DNA of 62,845 nucleotides, counting the filler, from Collodictyon triciliatum (Eukaryota): NCBI GenBank assembly GCA_043381765.1. It is 14 parts of 14 records of this genome, joined end to end, with 100 filler letters (N's around TTAATTAATTAA, not from the genome) between each part and the next. Parts side by side here need not be neighbours in the genome. Positions count along the whole stretch, not along the records: positions 22,504 to 26,901 come from JBHJMP010006146.1; positions 27,002 to 31,398 come from JBHJMP010006147.1; positions 31,499 to 35,892 come from JBHJMP010006148.1; positions 35,993 to 40,386 come from JBHJMP010006149.1; positions 40,487 to 44,883 come from JBHJMP010006150.1; 9 more parts are not named here. The stretch is one strand, 5' to 3'. The translations under genes were made by a program, and so were the position numbers. Numbering within the stretch: position 1 is the first letter of the stretch; each line of letters starts with the position of its first letter. This document shows, in pieces, positions 24,422 to 40,577 of this stretch. Below the pieces are notes generated by a model. The model was not told the origin of the DNA. It saw nothing but the letters and a program-made list of their open reading frames with translations, and made no database searches.

Positions 24422-27017
24422 CGCTGCTGTCTGTCTCTATCTCTCGTGCCTTCAGTGCTTTCTGCCGTGTGTGCCCTTGTGTCTATGCGTCTGTGTGTAT
24501 GCGTTGTGGTTTTTGTGAAAGAAGGCAAAGTGGTGAGGTTTGCGACTATGTGTGGATCGAGAACATTGATATGTTCGGATTATACAGAGTAGAGTGAACG
24601 ATATCACATTTTTTCTTTTTCCTTTTTTTTTCTGGGTTGATTCAAATTGCTTTGTTTTCTGTGTTTTTAGTATATGGACGGGATTATCGTGTTTAAGTGT
24701 GGCACTCGGGCTCGTGTCATCAACAACGGTGGCTTCATCCACACGTCTGTGAGTGACATCGGCCGCAATCATTTCGATGCCTCGGGTTGTGATTTGGGTG
24801 GATTTTTTACCTATACATATGTTCTTATTTTCTTTCCTTTAGGATTAGCGAATAAATGGGTATTCCGTTTTCTCTCTTCTTCGGTGCAGGTGACCATCGT
24901 ATGATTCTGAAAAACTCTCGATCCTTTCGCTAGTCGAAGGGACAAGTCATGTGGTTGTGTGTGAAGTATTAATTGCACGGGAATATCGCGAGTAGGATGG
25001 GAGGTTGTGCAAGAGTTCATGCTTTCAATGGCTTAGGTAATTGCACTGGTCGGGTGTTGGTTGGCTGAGTCTTTGTGGGATATAGACCATAGGTAGGGTG
25101 GTTGAAGAAACCATACATGAAGCCCAGGACAGGCCGAACAATGACGCATCCTTTCACTCAGCTTCAAAATGAGTGTATCAATTAAAGATTATTAGGTTTG
25201 TAGAACTCCTTCACGAACGTACAAAAGATGATTACATAATTCCCCGACATTCTTTCTGGCATCGGAATGAGGCTATTGAGAGGCAAAGGCCAAGACAAAG
25301 GGGATTCCAAACAAAAGATAACCAGCCTTGTTTCTTGAGGAACGTGGGCGCTGGCGAACAAACAGAAGAATGACCAGATAGTGGCCTTCGTTGCCATGTG
25401 TTTCACCCGAGAGGACGGCGCTTTATGTTTGTCCAAGGCTATTTATTCCAGAATCACAAGCTCTGCAATATCTTATAATCACGCAGCGGGGAGGGAAGAA
25501 ATAAAACTAAGCTTCAATGATTGCGCGCAACTGCAGAAAACACAGAAATACATCCGAAACATGATTTGAATGGATTTGAACAGATGTGCCTGATAAAGAC
25601 GATGCAGACTATTTCGTGATTTCATTTGCCTCCCTCTTTTTCAATAGGTATTGTCCAATGCCAATTATCGCCGCCTGTGTTTCGAAACAATTAACACATT
25701 GCCACTCAGTTTATTCGTGGTTGAAACAAATAAATAAAAACCAAATAAAAAAATTCGGCCAAATAAGCAAGGTCGTCAATATGCACACTTTCTGGTGTGT
25801 TTCCAAATATTTTTCAAAGGGATTTTTTTCTATAAAACGAAGTTGTAAACACGCTTTGATTCCTTGGTTTGGGCGTGTGTCCTTCGACATATCAACCCAT
25901 CCCTCTTTGAAAACAAACATATATATCATTTTGCTCAATAAACAACGGATTCCGTGCGCCTTTTTTTTCTGCCTGATTTGATGAAATTATGCACCATTGT
26001 TTTGAAATTCTAAAAAGTGTTCAGACGATTGAAATATAGGAAGAGAGAGAAAAAACAAATAAAAGGGGTTCAGAAATAAAAACATCGAGAAATTGTTTGG
26101 CTGAAAAGCACAAAGGAACAAAGCTTTGATTGAAATTGCCGTGTTTTGGCAACGGGGTGCAGAAAGGAAAGTAAGGAAATAAGCACGAATGCAGCCGTTG
26201 AACTCGGAAAATCGGCAGAAGTGTGATGTCACGACGCACATCCTTGTCGTCACAGTGTCGTCACTATCGCACATTGTTGCCTGGCGATTCTGATAAGAGT
26301 AGCTTGCCCACCACACGGCTCCTTATATCAATTCCACATGTGTACCGGACGGCCAAATTCTTCCAGAAGTGGATTCATCTCAGCCTCTTTTGATATGTGG
26401 CAACTTTGGGGTTTCGATATTTGGAAACGAACTTATTTGGGCTTCTTGTGTATTTCCTGGCGTTGGCTTGTCGTCACTCAGACGTGCACGTGCGTAATGC
26501 TGTTTAGTCAAATACATCATATATTAATACAATACTTTATGAGTAATCAATATATTTGTACGTTTTTTCTTGATGTGTTGCTAATAAATTATATTTTATT
26601 ATATATTCCAGATTTATTATAAACTCTAAACACATATCAGATTCTCCTCGATCACAAGCCACGGGCACGATATCTGTATTGCGCTGCAAACCTACGAAAG
26701 ACACAACACGAAACAATAATAAAATGACAGCATAGTCGAATATACTATGATTTCTATTAAAAGGAAACCAAAAGAACTAATATCACTAGTATTACCAGCA
26801 GAACAAAATCAAAGTAAAAAAGTAAAAAAGTAAAAAAATAAAAAAGTAAAAAAGTAAAAAAGTAAAAAAGTAAAAAAGTAAAAAAGTAAAAAAGTAAAAA
26901 ANNNNNNNNNNNNNNNNNNNNNNNNNNNNNNNNNNNNNNNNNNNNTTAATTAATTAANNNNNNNNNNNNNNNNNNNNNNNNNNNNNNNNNNNNNNNNNNN
27001 NCATTATCATAATGTAG

Positions 27018-27441
27018 GCGCTGAATTTCACGACGCCCACCACGCATTCAAAACCTCCAATTACGCCTCCTCATTCACCTACTTGGACACGCTCTTCGGC
27101 ACAGATGCCTCCTACCGCCGACGCAAGGAGAAGAGTGAATCAGAAAACAGCCAGGTTAGCTCATCAGGGTCTTCCATATCTCTTAGTTACTAATATTCGC
27201 GCCCTTTATAATACCTACGGTGGGAATCCTATGCGCTGAAATATTATTTCTATGACAGACACAGTCCCAGGAATCTCCCTCTGTTGAGTCACCTGCCAAA
27301 TCCCCTGCCAAATCCCCTGCCAAATCCCCTGCCAAATCCCCTGCCAAATCCCCTGCAAAGTCACCTGCCAAATCTCCCTCAACTCCTGCAAGCGATGCCA
27401 AGAAGGCATCCAATCCCAGACGTAATAAAGTGATTCAATAG
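27018..27441 (+). CDS. 3' end of a sterol C4-methyl oxidase (SMO/ERG25 family) with a (SPAK)n tail
   Basis: Exon 27018-27153 gives (G)AEFHDAHHAFKTSNYASSFTYLDTLFGTD, the last His box plus the NY(S/A)S.F...D..FGT motif of SMO/ERG25. A phase-0 intron leads to exon 27259-27441, which ends in TAG. Confidence 0.8.
27289..27375 (+). repeat. Coding 12-bp tandem repeat (TCCCCTGCCAAA)n encoding (SPAK)7
   Basis: Seen directly, in frame with the SMO exon. Confidence 0.9.
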
Positions 27442-27497
27442 TAAAACAGACACATACTCTCATGTAGCTCTTCTTGACGAATAGTATTCTTGACATA

Positions 27498-27524
27498 ATA
27501 TCCCCCATTTATTCGATTCAAGGC
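27498..27524 (-). mobile_element. 27-nt retroelement 3'-end micro-insertion with 12-bp target-site duplication
   Basis: ATTCTTGACATA at 27486-27497 and 27525-27536 flanks the insert, which reads GCCTTGAATCGAATAAATGGGGGATAT on the minus strand and matches the element end at 57172-57192. Confidence 0.75.
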
Positions 27525-27656
27525 ATTCTTGACATATGATAAGGGTTTTTAGAGAGGAATCAAAACATACCAAGTACATACATAAGTTGGAACTGAATAC
27601 ACATATGTACACCGTAACGGTATTAGGAGAAATATTCCTGATATCCACTACCCTTC

Positions 27657-29640
27657 ATGAGTATGACCATCGCCTAATAAACCAAACAAAAGATTGGAAG
27701 ACAAGTGGCTTTCTAACCACACTGCTTTAATACAACGCAACTTAGAAACTGGACCCACTAAAAGCCCGAAGCCTACTCCCCCTCAAGAGAGTAAAGCTTC
27801 AATTGAGGCCAAGTCTGCGTGGGATGACTGGCTTCCAGAGGACCCGAGCAAGCGCCGGGCAGAGATCTTCTTCCTCTGGTACAGTATTGTCTGGATGTCC
27901 ATGGTGGCTGTTATCATCTTCACAAAGATTTATGATGTAAGGAAATAATGAATCATCGCAGTGGCGAATACCTGAATAGACAAATGAAAAATAAAAAAAG
28001 ACAAAGAAGAAACCAACACAGCTTTTTCTCAAACCTCGTACAAGTGTTGTTGCCTTGTCTAACTTTTTTTCTTCTAAATGGCTCTTCGACGCCAGAAAGT
28101 TGCCGACACAGGATACATGATGATTGGCATCGTTGTAGGGTTCCCTTGCGTTCTGATTCCAGTCTTTTTCCCTGGAGAGGTGCATTCTCTATTTACATTC
28201 ACCAGCAGCGCTTCTTTGCTGGCGCTGTTTACCGTCGATTTTTTTTTATTTATCTATAAAGAACAACAAAGGAAGAACTGAAAGCATAGCTGTAATCAGG
28301 AGGATAATCGATGTTTCCTTACCATTTTAAACAGGATGCCTCTATTCCATTCTGGGAACGGTACACAACCAAAGTATGCTGCCTGTCTCCAATACCTCCT
28401 TCAAATAAAAGTTCGCATAGAAACCTTACAGAACCAAGAAACACTGAATTTTAAATCTGTTTGTTTCTCTGTGTGTAGGCCAACATCTGGATATGGATTA
28501 TGAGTTTCATAGGGAATTATTTCTGGACCCATTACTTTTATGTCCTTCTGGGGGCCAAATATACCTTCCCAGCCTGGAGATTGAATAATGTAGGGTTATA
28601 TAGCTACCAATTAACTGTGATACAAATATCCATCCAATGATGCTACAACTTTAGTTTGAACTGACTATCTCACAACTAATCCGAAACTCTTCAATCGAAA
28701 ATAGGTGCCCTTTAATCTGTTCTTAATTACTCAGGTGGGTTCCATTACCGATTGAAAGATGTCCTTTTTTCTTCCGTGTTTCCTTTTCTTGGAGATTCTC
28801 TCCCAATATTATATCTATGAAGCGACCCACAATGCCATCAATTACACTTTTAAATCATTATTATACTCGCTATGCATAGTCGTACTTTTGCACGTATCAC
28901 ACCCTGTCCAACATGATTCTTCGCCGTTTCACGAAACTGTTTGCAACTCGTGGATTGCTGTGGAAAATCTCGTGCGGTATCTTGATTCTGGTACTATCCT
29001 ACATCATCGCATTTATGGAGACATTCACCATCCAAGGGGTAAGAACAATACTATATTTGAGCTATCCACCATTTTCATGAGCACTGTAAGCACACATATT
29101 CATATATAGAAGAAGATTGTCTTTTTACTGACAACGGGCAACATTTTAGTTCCCTTACTACGAGTTTGTCGACAGAGACGCCATGTACATCCTGGGTTCC
29201 GGATTTTATGCGATTTACTTTATCGTCAGCTTCCCGATGTACTGGAGGTGGGTGATTCTTCTCTCCAACTTTATGATGCAAATATCCAGTGTTATTCCAC
29301 TTAATTCCGATATAAAAAAGAAGAGAGAAATAAAGCATAAGACCGTGCGTTCATCTCAGTAGCGCAAAGCTTCTTCTAAAGATAGCATCCCTACGTACTA
29401 AATGCCACCTCATTTTTAATATACATTTCGGTGTCTGGTTGCTAATATCACAATTGAAAAAAAAAAAAAAGGATGGATGAAGACCCGACACAGCCAAAGT
29501 GGTCGCTCTGGCAATGCACACAGAATTCTTTCGCTGCCTGCATGATTGTCACTCTGCTTTTAGATGCCTGGAAGCTAGTGGCTGGGCCGATCTTTGCCAG
29601 CGGAAACAGGGATTTTTCTAATACAGTCCCGTTTATCTAA
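27657..29640 (+). CDS. CPI1: Cycloeucalenol cycloisomerase (cyclopropyl isomerase); start uncertain
   Basis: Exons give WLPEDPSKRRAEIFFLWYSIVW...PFWERYTTK|ANIWIWIMSFIGNYFWTHYFYVLLGAKYTFPAWRLNN|VP...IAFMETFTI...FPYYEFVDRDAMYILGSGFYAIYFIVSFPMYWR|MDED...ACMIVTLLLDAWKL. Stop TAA at 29638-29640. The first large exon starts at acceptor 27745|27746 with no in-frame ATG. Confidence 0.93.
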
Positions 29641-29949
29641 ACCATCACCTCGAATACTAGCGGGTCTTCCGAAAACAAAAACAAACGAACATCTGAACAA
29701 AAGCGAATTCAACAACGTTTGGAGTGAAAAGGAGTGTGTTTCCAAAGAACACGGACATATCCTTCTCTGTTACTCCTTAGCACAAAATACAATAAAAATT
29801 TCAATAAAGGAAAACAAGAACAAAAAAAAAAAGAAGTAAAATGAACAAGATAAACCCAACAAGTAACCAAAGCCATCTATTCTCTTATGAGCCCAATAAT
29901 TCATGGTTTCATTCTGTTGGTTGTACTCTTGATATTTATTCCACACAAA

Positions 29950-31250
29950 CTATTGAGACCTAGACGATACCCTACCCGGCCACTGGTGGTTGGATTCTAA
30001 TAGACACACATGGATCAATTGTAACAATTTTTATTTCCTCCCCACAGCTACAAGGTCTTTCAGGAAAGCGTCCGAATCTAGTTTGGTAGATTCTATTTAA
30101 TCATCTACCGTTATTCAAATCGAAGGTGGTGATGACGTTTCAGAGACGAAACCGCTGCCGAATGAGAGGGATATAGCTCTAATGAAGAGGGTATCCAAAC
30201 CTGGTCTTCCAGTGCTGATATGATGCTCTGGGTTTCGTGGATAAGTGCCTGTGAATGTGGATACAAAAGATACATGGTGAATAGCACATACACATATGTA
30301 TACATGAATTCGCTGAGACAAGTGGTATGTATTCGTCTGTTGATTAGCGTTTCTGTAGGTCTCTTGAATGGAATAATGATGATTGTTGAGCAAGAGAAAA
30401 TCAGAATGATGTACTTTGTTTTCAGTTTTTCGGTCAATCTCAAACTTTTCATAATGGCGTTCTTTTGACTCTTTGACTGCTTGGCTGGGATGGATGCTTT
30501 TGTGTTCCTTATGGGCCTGAATTCGGTCCCGTCGTAGTTTATCAAAATCTCGCTGGAAAAGCTCCATGTTCACTTCTTTTATAAACATATCCTTTTTGTA
30601 CCTATCGGAGGGTACATTTCTCTTAATATATATTTTTCGTTTCAATTTTCATTTCCTATTAATGAAAAGTTTTCAATGTCCGAGTAAAGCACACCATCAA
30701 AACTAGCATAAGGTCTTTCCTTATTTTTCTTTCCCCTCTTTATTCGATTCAAAGTGAAAATGTAAGAGAAACGTAAGGGTTTTCATTATCCGTTTCCAAT
30801 TGCTTTAACTGTACTTTTAAAGCCTTTATGACAATTCAAATATTGTATAAATAAACCTACAATCTTGCTCTGTACTGATTCCGTTCATTCTCTGCGATTT
30901 TGAATTCCCAGCGATACGGAAGGGTCAAACCACGGCAAAAGTCTGATTTACACCGTTCGATGTTTCAGTTGGTTTTCATTTTTGAAAAAAAAAAAAAAAA
31001 GGAAAAGAAGGAGGTAGGACAAAGTGTGATGGAATCTTCAAGGTATATTTTCTGAGTAAAGCATATGAAATTTGTCTTAACCTTACATATACAATTTGAG
31101 TGGATTTATTTTTACCATTTGCAAGACGCACTTTTTCTATGCAATTGGCTTCATATAGATTCTTTTCAATCAAGTTTGTCTCATCAAAATATTTTCTGCC
31201 GTTGATGTCATGAAGTGGTTTTGTAGGGCTTTGATTTAAGTGAATGTTTG
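29950..31250 (-). CDS. Unidentified multi-exon protein (partial; exon structure uncertain)
   Basis: Open Lys/Glu-rich frames (about 30420-30655 and 31087-31250) bounded by GT/AG. No family recognised. Confidence 0.4.
30725..30771 (-). mobile_element. Older retroelement 3'-end micro-insertion with a decayed TSD
   Basis: Minus strand reads CACTTTGAATCGAATAAAGAGGGGAAAGAAAA. Flanks 30707-30724 and 30772-30789 match at 14/18 positions. Confidence 0.55.
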
Positions 31251-31280
31251 TTATTGCATTATAGCTGCACGAGATTACTA

Positions 31281-31398
31281 ATGTATGTATGTATGTATGT
31301 ATGTATGTATGTATGTATGTATGTATGTATGTATGTATGTATGTATGTATGTATGTATGTATGTATGTATGTATGTATGTATGTATGTATGTATGTAT
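31281..31398. repeat. (ATGT)n microsatellite (same motif at 41535-41647, 46883-46978, 49476-49578)
   Basis: Seen directly. Confidence 0.95.
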
Positions 31399-31498
31399 NN
31401 NNNNNNNNNNNNNNNNNNNNNNNNNNNNNNNNNNNNNNNNNNTTAATTAATTAANNNNNNNNNNNNNNNNNNNNNNNNNNNNNNNNNNNNNNNNNNNN

Positions 31499-31588
<90 letters not shown>

Positions 31589-31720
31589 AAAAACGAAAAA
31601 AAAAGGAAAAAACTTGAATGTCTCAATATTCTGCTCACTACCATTTGATGGCTTTTGTGTCCCTATGGAAGCATCCCACAAAATATTCAAGAAGCTTCTT
31701 CTATAGATATTGCTGCAATC

Positions 31721-35215
<3,495 letters not shown>

Positions 35216-35355
35216 GGCGTGGGACGAGGCTTCATTTGATCACCAAGGAGCGCGGGGATTCGGCTTTTTGTGATGTAACAAAAGACCGGGGTGGAGGGCG
35301 CGCAATAAACCACACATCTTAAGCAGTTCGGGGGTTCTATCATCCGTTACACATG

Positions 35356-35635
35356 AAGAAAAGAAAGAAAAGAAAGAAAAGAAAGAAAAGAAAGAAAAGA
35401 AAGAAAAGAAAGAAAAGAAAGAAAAGAAAGAAAAGAAAGAAAAGAAAGAAAAGAAAAAAAAAAAAGAAAAGAAAGAAAGGAAAGAAAAGAAAGAAAGGAA
35501 AGAAAAGAAAGAAAAGAAAGAAAGAAAGGAAAGAAAAGAAAGAAAAAAAAGAAAAGAAAAGAAAAGAAAAAAAAGAAAAAAAAGAAAAAAAAGAAAAAAA
35601 AGAAAAAAAAGAAAAAAAAGAAAAAAAAAGAAAAG
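35356..35635. repeat. (AAAAGAAAG)n purine-rich repeat
   Basis: Seen directly. Confidence 0.9.
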
Positions 35636-35860
35636 GGAACACAAAGGAGGAAGGCAGATGTGCATATTTATTGGCTACGAGCGAATTAGTTTCAAATACA
35701 AAGGACAGAAGATGAGAGCCAGACAAGACCGACGCAGCGACCAGCCAGCCAGGTCATCAGAAGGGCACTTTTCCGGTGAGCGAGGAGACAACAAGAGATG
35801 TGTGCGCGGCTGTGTCAGCCAAGATTGAAGGGTGTACTTTAGATTATTTGTCAAGAAAAT

Positions 35861-35892
<32 letters not shown>

Positions 35893-35992
35893 NNNNNNNN
35901 NNNNNNNNNNNNNNNNNNNNNNNNNNNNNNNNNNNNTTAATTAATTAANNNNNNNNNNNNNNNNNNNNNNNNNNNNNNNNNNNNNNNNNNNN

Positions 35993-36053
<61 letters not shown>

Positions 36054-36185
36054 TTTTTTGTTTTTGTTTGTTTTTTTGTTTTATTGTTTTTTTGTTTTTT
36101 TGTTTTTTTGTTTTTTTGTTTTTTTTTGTTTGCATGTCAACCAAGAGATAAATAGGATAAATAATTCAAAAGCTCAACCTGTTTC

Positions 36186-36698
36186 CAACTTTCAGTATGA
36201 ACGATCTCTTTTGGATGTTGGAAAAGTACTCTGTGTATATTTTCTTTTCAGAATTCTTTTCTTCAACCTAAAGCCAACTTCGATGATGAGATAGCAGCAG
36301 CATTGAATCTATAATTTCCGTTTGACATTCTTTGCATTCTGCAATGAGCTATCTAAAATTCATACAAGTTTCTGTTGGCGGCCAAGTGCTATGGTCAGCT
36401 CTTCCTTTTCTCGCTGTAAGTTATCTCTATAGACCTTTCTTCCATCCATTTCCTTCAATATGATAAAGTAATCGGAACAATTAACTCAGTTTCGTATAAG
36501 CATAAGATTAAGGCTATCGTTATCAGATTTGTCAGTACTTTCAGCTCCGCATTATTCACAAAAATTTTGAAAACCTTCTCCACTTCATTGAGGATATCAT
36601 GCTCGACGCTGGACCTTTGTTCTTGTGGAACGGTGTTCAGCTTTTTTTGTATGAAGTCTATTTCTGTAAATAATGTGGTATCTGACGGCTGTTCACAT

Positions 36699-36738
<40 letters not shown>

Positions 36739-39700
36739 AGAGGAAAGAAACAAAATATTAGAAGTTTTCGCACTCGCACTCATATTGAAACAATTTGCAT
36801 AACAAAGACAAAAAAGAAATAAAAAAAATAATTGATGTAGCAACCTTTTTAATTGTCTCTAAAATGTCACAGAGGCTTGCGTCAGGGTTGGGATGGGAAG
36901 GGATAGGTCGGCTGGTCTTTAGAATCGTGAATATTTTATCCTTAAGAATCTTCACCATGTTTCCTGACTGATTCGCAATCCAGTCACCTGTTCAAATGAC
37001 AGTTTGACAAAAGAAGGTTGAAATGTTCCATGAATTTATGAAGGCCGGATGAAGTTTGAAGTTTATAAAAGTATCGTGAATTTAAATTTGAAAATGGTCG
37101 AGGCGGCTTGGCGTGATTAAAATTCGACTTGATGATTCTAGATTCTAAGTAGGAAAGAAATTTACTTCGGTCAAGATTGAGGACATCAAGAATCATGTAT
37201 TTGTTCTTGCTCTTCGGGAGGGGTTCACGCGGCGGTCCTGTTCCAGAATGAAAGAAAAATAGATAAAATAAAAAAAATTCATTACTTTGATTCAAAGTAT
37301 ACGATAAAATTAAAAAAAAAAGTACGAATACAAACAAATTGATAAACTAAATTCTTGTCAATACCCATTTCGAACAGCAACTTTGTAAGTGGATCCCCAG
37401 TATCTTTGATCTAAATTTTGTATACTTTAGGTCGTTTCACGTTTTTTATGCATAGTAAAGTTGGTTATCATTAATATGGAAAAGTTTCCTAAGATAAAAA
37501 TGTGTCAATACAATCTCTGCGTGATTCTGGAGAAGAATGCGATGGATTATGAAAAGCTCGTTTGGTGTGATGGTGATAGGATGTGCAAGCATCCCTACTG
37601 CGGCACTAGAGCCCGATAACTAGATAAAATAAAATAAAATGAAACAGGACAAAAGAAATCAAAGTTTGCAATATTCATACAATTTTAACTCAAATGACTG
37701 GGATTCAAAAAAAATTGGCCGCTATAAAGTGATTTTTTTTTCAGTTACCAAATGATAGTATTCTTCAGGCTCTACGACATCCACAACAAATTTGAGATAA
37801 TCAAACAGGAACCCTTTGCTTTGATTGATAAACGGATTCATGGCAACCATAAAGTTTTCCTGAATTATTCAATGATACAACATTACATTTAGTGTAAAGC
37901 TGTTCCGCCTGTAGTTAAACCATGTGTATTACAAGGATTAGTTATGCAAATGGCTAACTTTCTCTCCAAACTCAACGTCATTGGCCAAATTCTGAAGCAC
38001 TTTACTGCACTATTAGGTAATAAAAATGTATTTTGCTATGCACCATACCGCTTGATTTATTAGATACTTATGATACACATGTATGAAAAGGGAACAACAA
38101 ATAATAAAAAAAACAGAATTCAAACAGCTAATGCATATTACTTGTTTCATTTTTAAAATGGAAAGTAAGCTTACGAGAATAAGATTTCGCCGCTGACGGG
38201 GTGTGATGACTTTAGTACCATTAATTCCATAGACCTTTTGAATTAATTTTTCCTTTAGGATTAAAACTGATGCCAAAAGAAACAACATGAATGTCCAAAC
38301 ATTCATAACTGAAATAATGACGGAAAAAATGGACATGAAGTTCTTACCTCTGGTGTCATAATAGCCGGGACGATGAACCTCAGGAATACAAAGCTACCAA
38401 CAAGAATGACATCGTCCTTCTCGGACATTTCCGGGAATTTTGTGTGAGCAACCCTAAAAGTAAAGGATAGGTATGTCTTCAAAATGGACAATTTGGAATC
38501 GATTGGAGTAAGAAGCCAATTCGTTGTGATGGTGTTTGCTCATTTCTGAAAACAAATCCTCGGAGCTAGCCAATATGCTCACCTAAGCAGTTCCTTAGAC
38601 AGCCAACGAATTCCAAAAGGCATGCTTTCTCGCTTAGAAATGATGGATTTTAGAAAAGCAGCACAGAACTGTTGAAGCTTTGATGAGTCTAGGGAAGGAA
38701 TGAAGATATAAAATTAGAAGGCATCTAGTTTATTAGTTATTGTTTGTTGTGCACTATATTGTCAAAAGAAAAATGTGTATGTTTGGTTCTCCATCCACGT
38801 ACTCTGGGCTACAATTTCCCTTGTCTGTTGATGATCCTCAGGTGTTGCCTGGAACTCTGAAATACCTTTGCTTTCAGCTAATTCAGACAGAATCTACCGG
38901 AAAAATTGGTCAATAAAATGATATTTACGTTGACAAACTCAACCTCTTAAATACTCAACTAAAAAGAAAATGACAGGTATATGTGAGAGGAATAAGTTGG
39001 AATAAATAGGACTACCTTTCCGGGGTCTAATTCCAGGTTGTGGACATCTCCTTCAAACAGTAGCTCCATTTCTCGTTTCAGAATCTCATTCAAATGAAGT
39101 TTGCCACTCTGTCGCCTATGTTTTAATTATTGCATACATTATACTATAAGATGAAAAAATGTATTCTTGCTGCTCCTTTTTTTAAAAAAAAAAATAAATT
39201 AAACATAGATTATGATTAAAATTAGAACCAACATTTCATTCTGTGCATGTAATATATTATTTGGTAAACGAAAAAGGAGGAAAATGGAAACAGGTTGATT
39301 AAGAAGATACTTTGTGTATCCTGCCATCAATTTGGTCAACAGAGAATTTCGACGGAGAAAATTGTTAACATCTGTGCAGTCCTCAAACGCCTTTGCCATT
39401 ATTTGCTGGAATGTTCGTGCATGGACATTGTAAAGCATGATTAAGAAAGAAAAGAAAAGAGAAAAGAGAAAATATAACAGAAAATTGCTGCAGACAGTGT
39501 ATTTCGGTAGCAATTTGTTGTAAAACCTTTATCAATTTAAGCAGCATGGCTTCCTCTCGGTAAAAAAACATGTCCGAGAACAGGGCTCCGGCGATAGTCT
39601 GAATGAAAGAATGGATATTCGTAAGGTTATACAAAGGCAACAATTATGGTCATCAGGAAACATTTCAGAGCATGTTCTGAGTTATGCCCACCTGCGAAAT

Positions 39701-40177
39701 AGAGTCAACTGCTTCATGTGGGATGAAAGGCATCATCTCCGTTATATAATCAGGAGTTTGTCGCAAAAGATACAGAATATTCTCATAGCGCTAATTTTAG
39801 GAAAGGTATGGAACAATATGAATCCTTCATGCAAGAGTCAGCGATGGAACATAAATACGAAAATTGGAATCGGGACATGAAAGTCGTTGTAATAAGGGCT
39901 GTGTCTTCGTACCTCTTTCAAATTACCCAAAGGGTGGTCTGTCTGGGTGCTCTCATCAAAGAATTGGAAAATTTCGTCCTCTTCCTCCATCTTTTGGGCT
40001 TTCACTATTGTGGATGCAAATATATGAGATGATGACACGTTGGTATCTTCTTCGAGTGAGATAGATTACCTGCCAATTGAATCTTTCGCTCGACATTGTG
40101 AACGGCAAGTGATAGCTTGTGACGGTGTGCATCCAAGGTGACAATCTCTTTTTGGATAGTAGATACTTGCTTTTCCA
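36186..40177 (-). CDS. RasGAP with RasGAP_C (IQGAP-related, Sar1/GapA type), partial, many exons
   Basis: FLRRNSLLTKLMAGYTK, MPFGIRWLSKEL, VGSFVFLRFIVPAIMTPE, RRNLIL|CSKVLQNLANDVEFGEKENFMVAMNPFI, ITPNELFIIHRILL, and KKIYTEYFSNIQKRSF (start of the RGCT region). Confidence 0.88.
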
Positions 40178-40577
40178 CTGAGGTATATTAAGAATTAATG
40201 AGTATGCGTGTATCTATTTATAAGTTTGTAAAAAAAAAAAAAAATCTTGCCTTTTCTTTGAATTGCTTTTCTTTCTGTTGTTTTTGTGTTTTTTGTGTTT
40301 TTTGTGTTTTTTGTGTTTTTTGTGTTTTTTGTGTTTTTTGTGTTTTTTGTGTTTTTTGTGTTTTTTGTGTTTTTTGTGTTTTTTGTNNNNNNNNNNNNNN
40401 NNNNNNNNNNNNNNNNNNNNNNNNNNNNNNTTAATTAATTAANNNNNNNNNNNNNNNNNNNNNNNNNNNNNNNNNNNNNNNNNNNNTATTCTCTTTTTTT
40501 ATTCTCTTTTTTTATTCTCTTTTTTTATTCTCTTTTTTTATTCTCTTTTTTTATTCTCTTTTTATTATTAATCAAAG

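Noticed and set aside
35240-35726. Poly-Phe, poly-Lys/Arg, (SL)n, (YVCM)n and (HTYI)n ORFs here and elsewhere
   Set aside because: Translations of microsatellites with no coding evidence.
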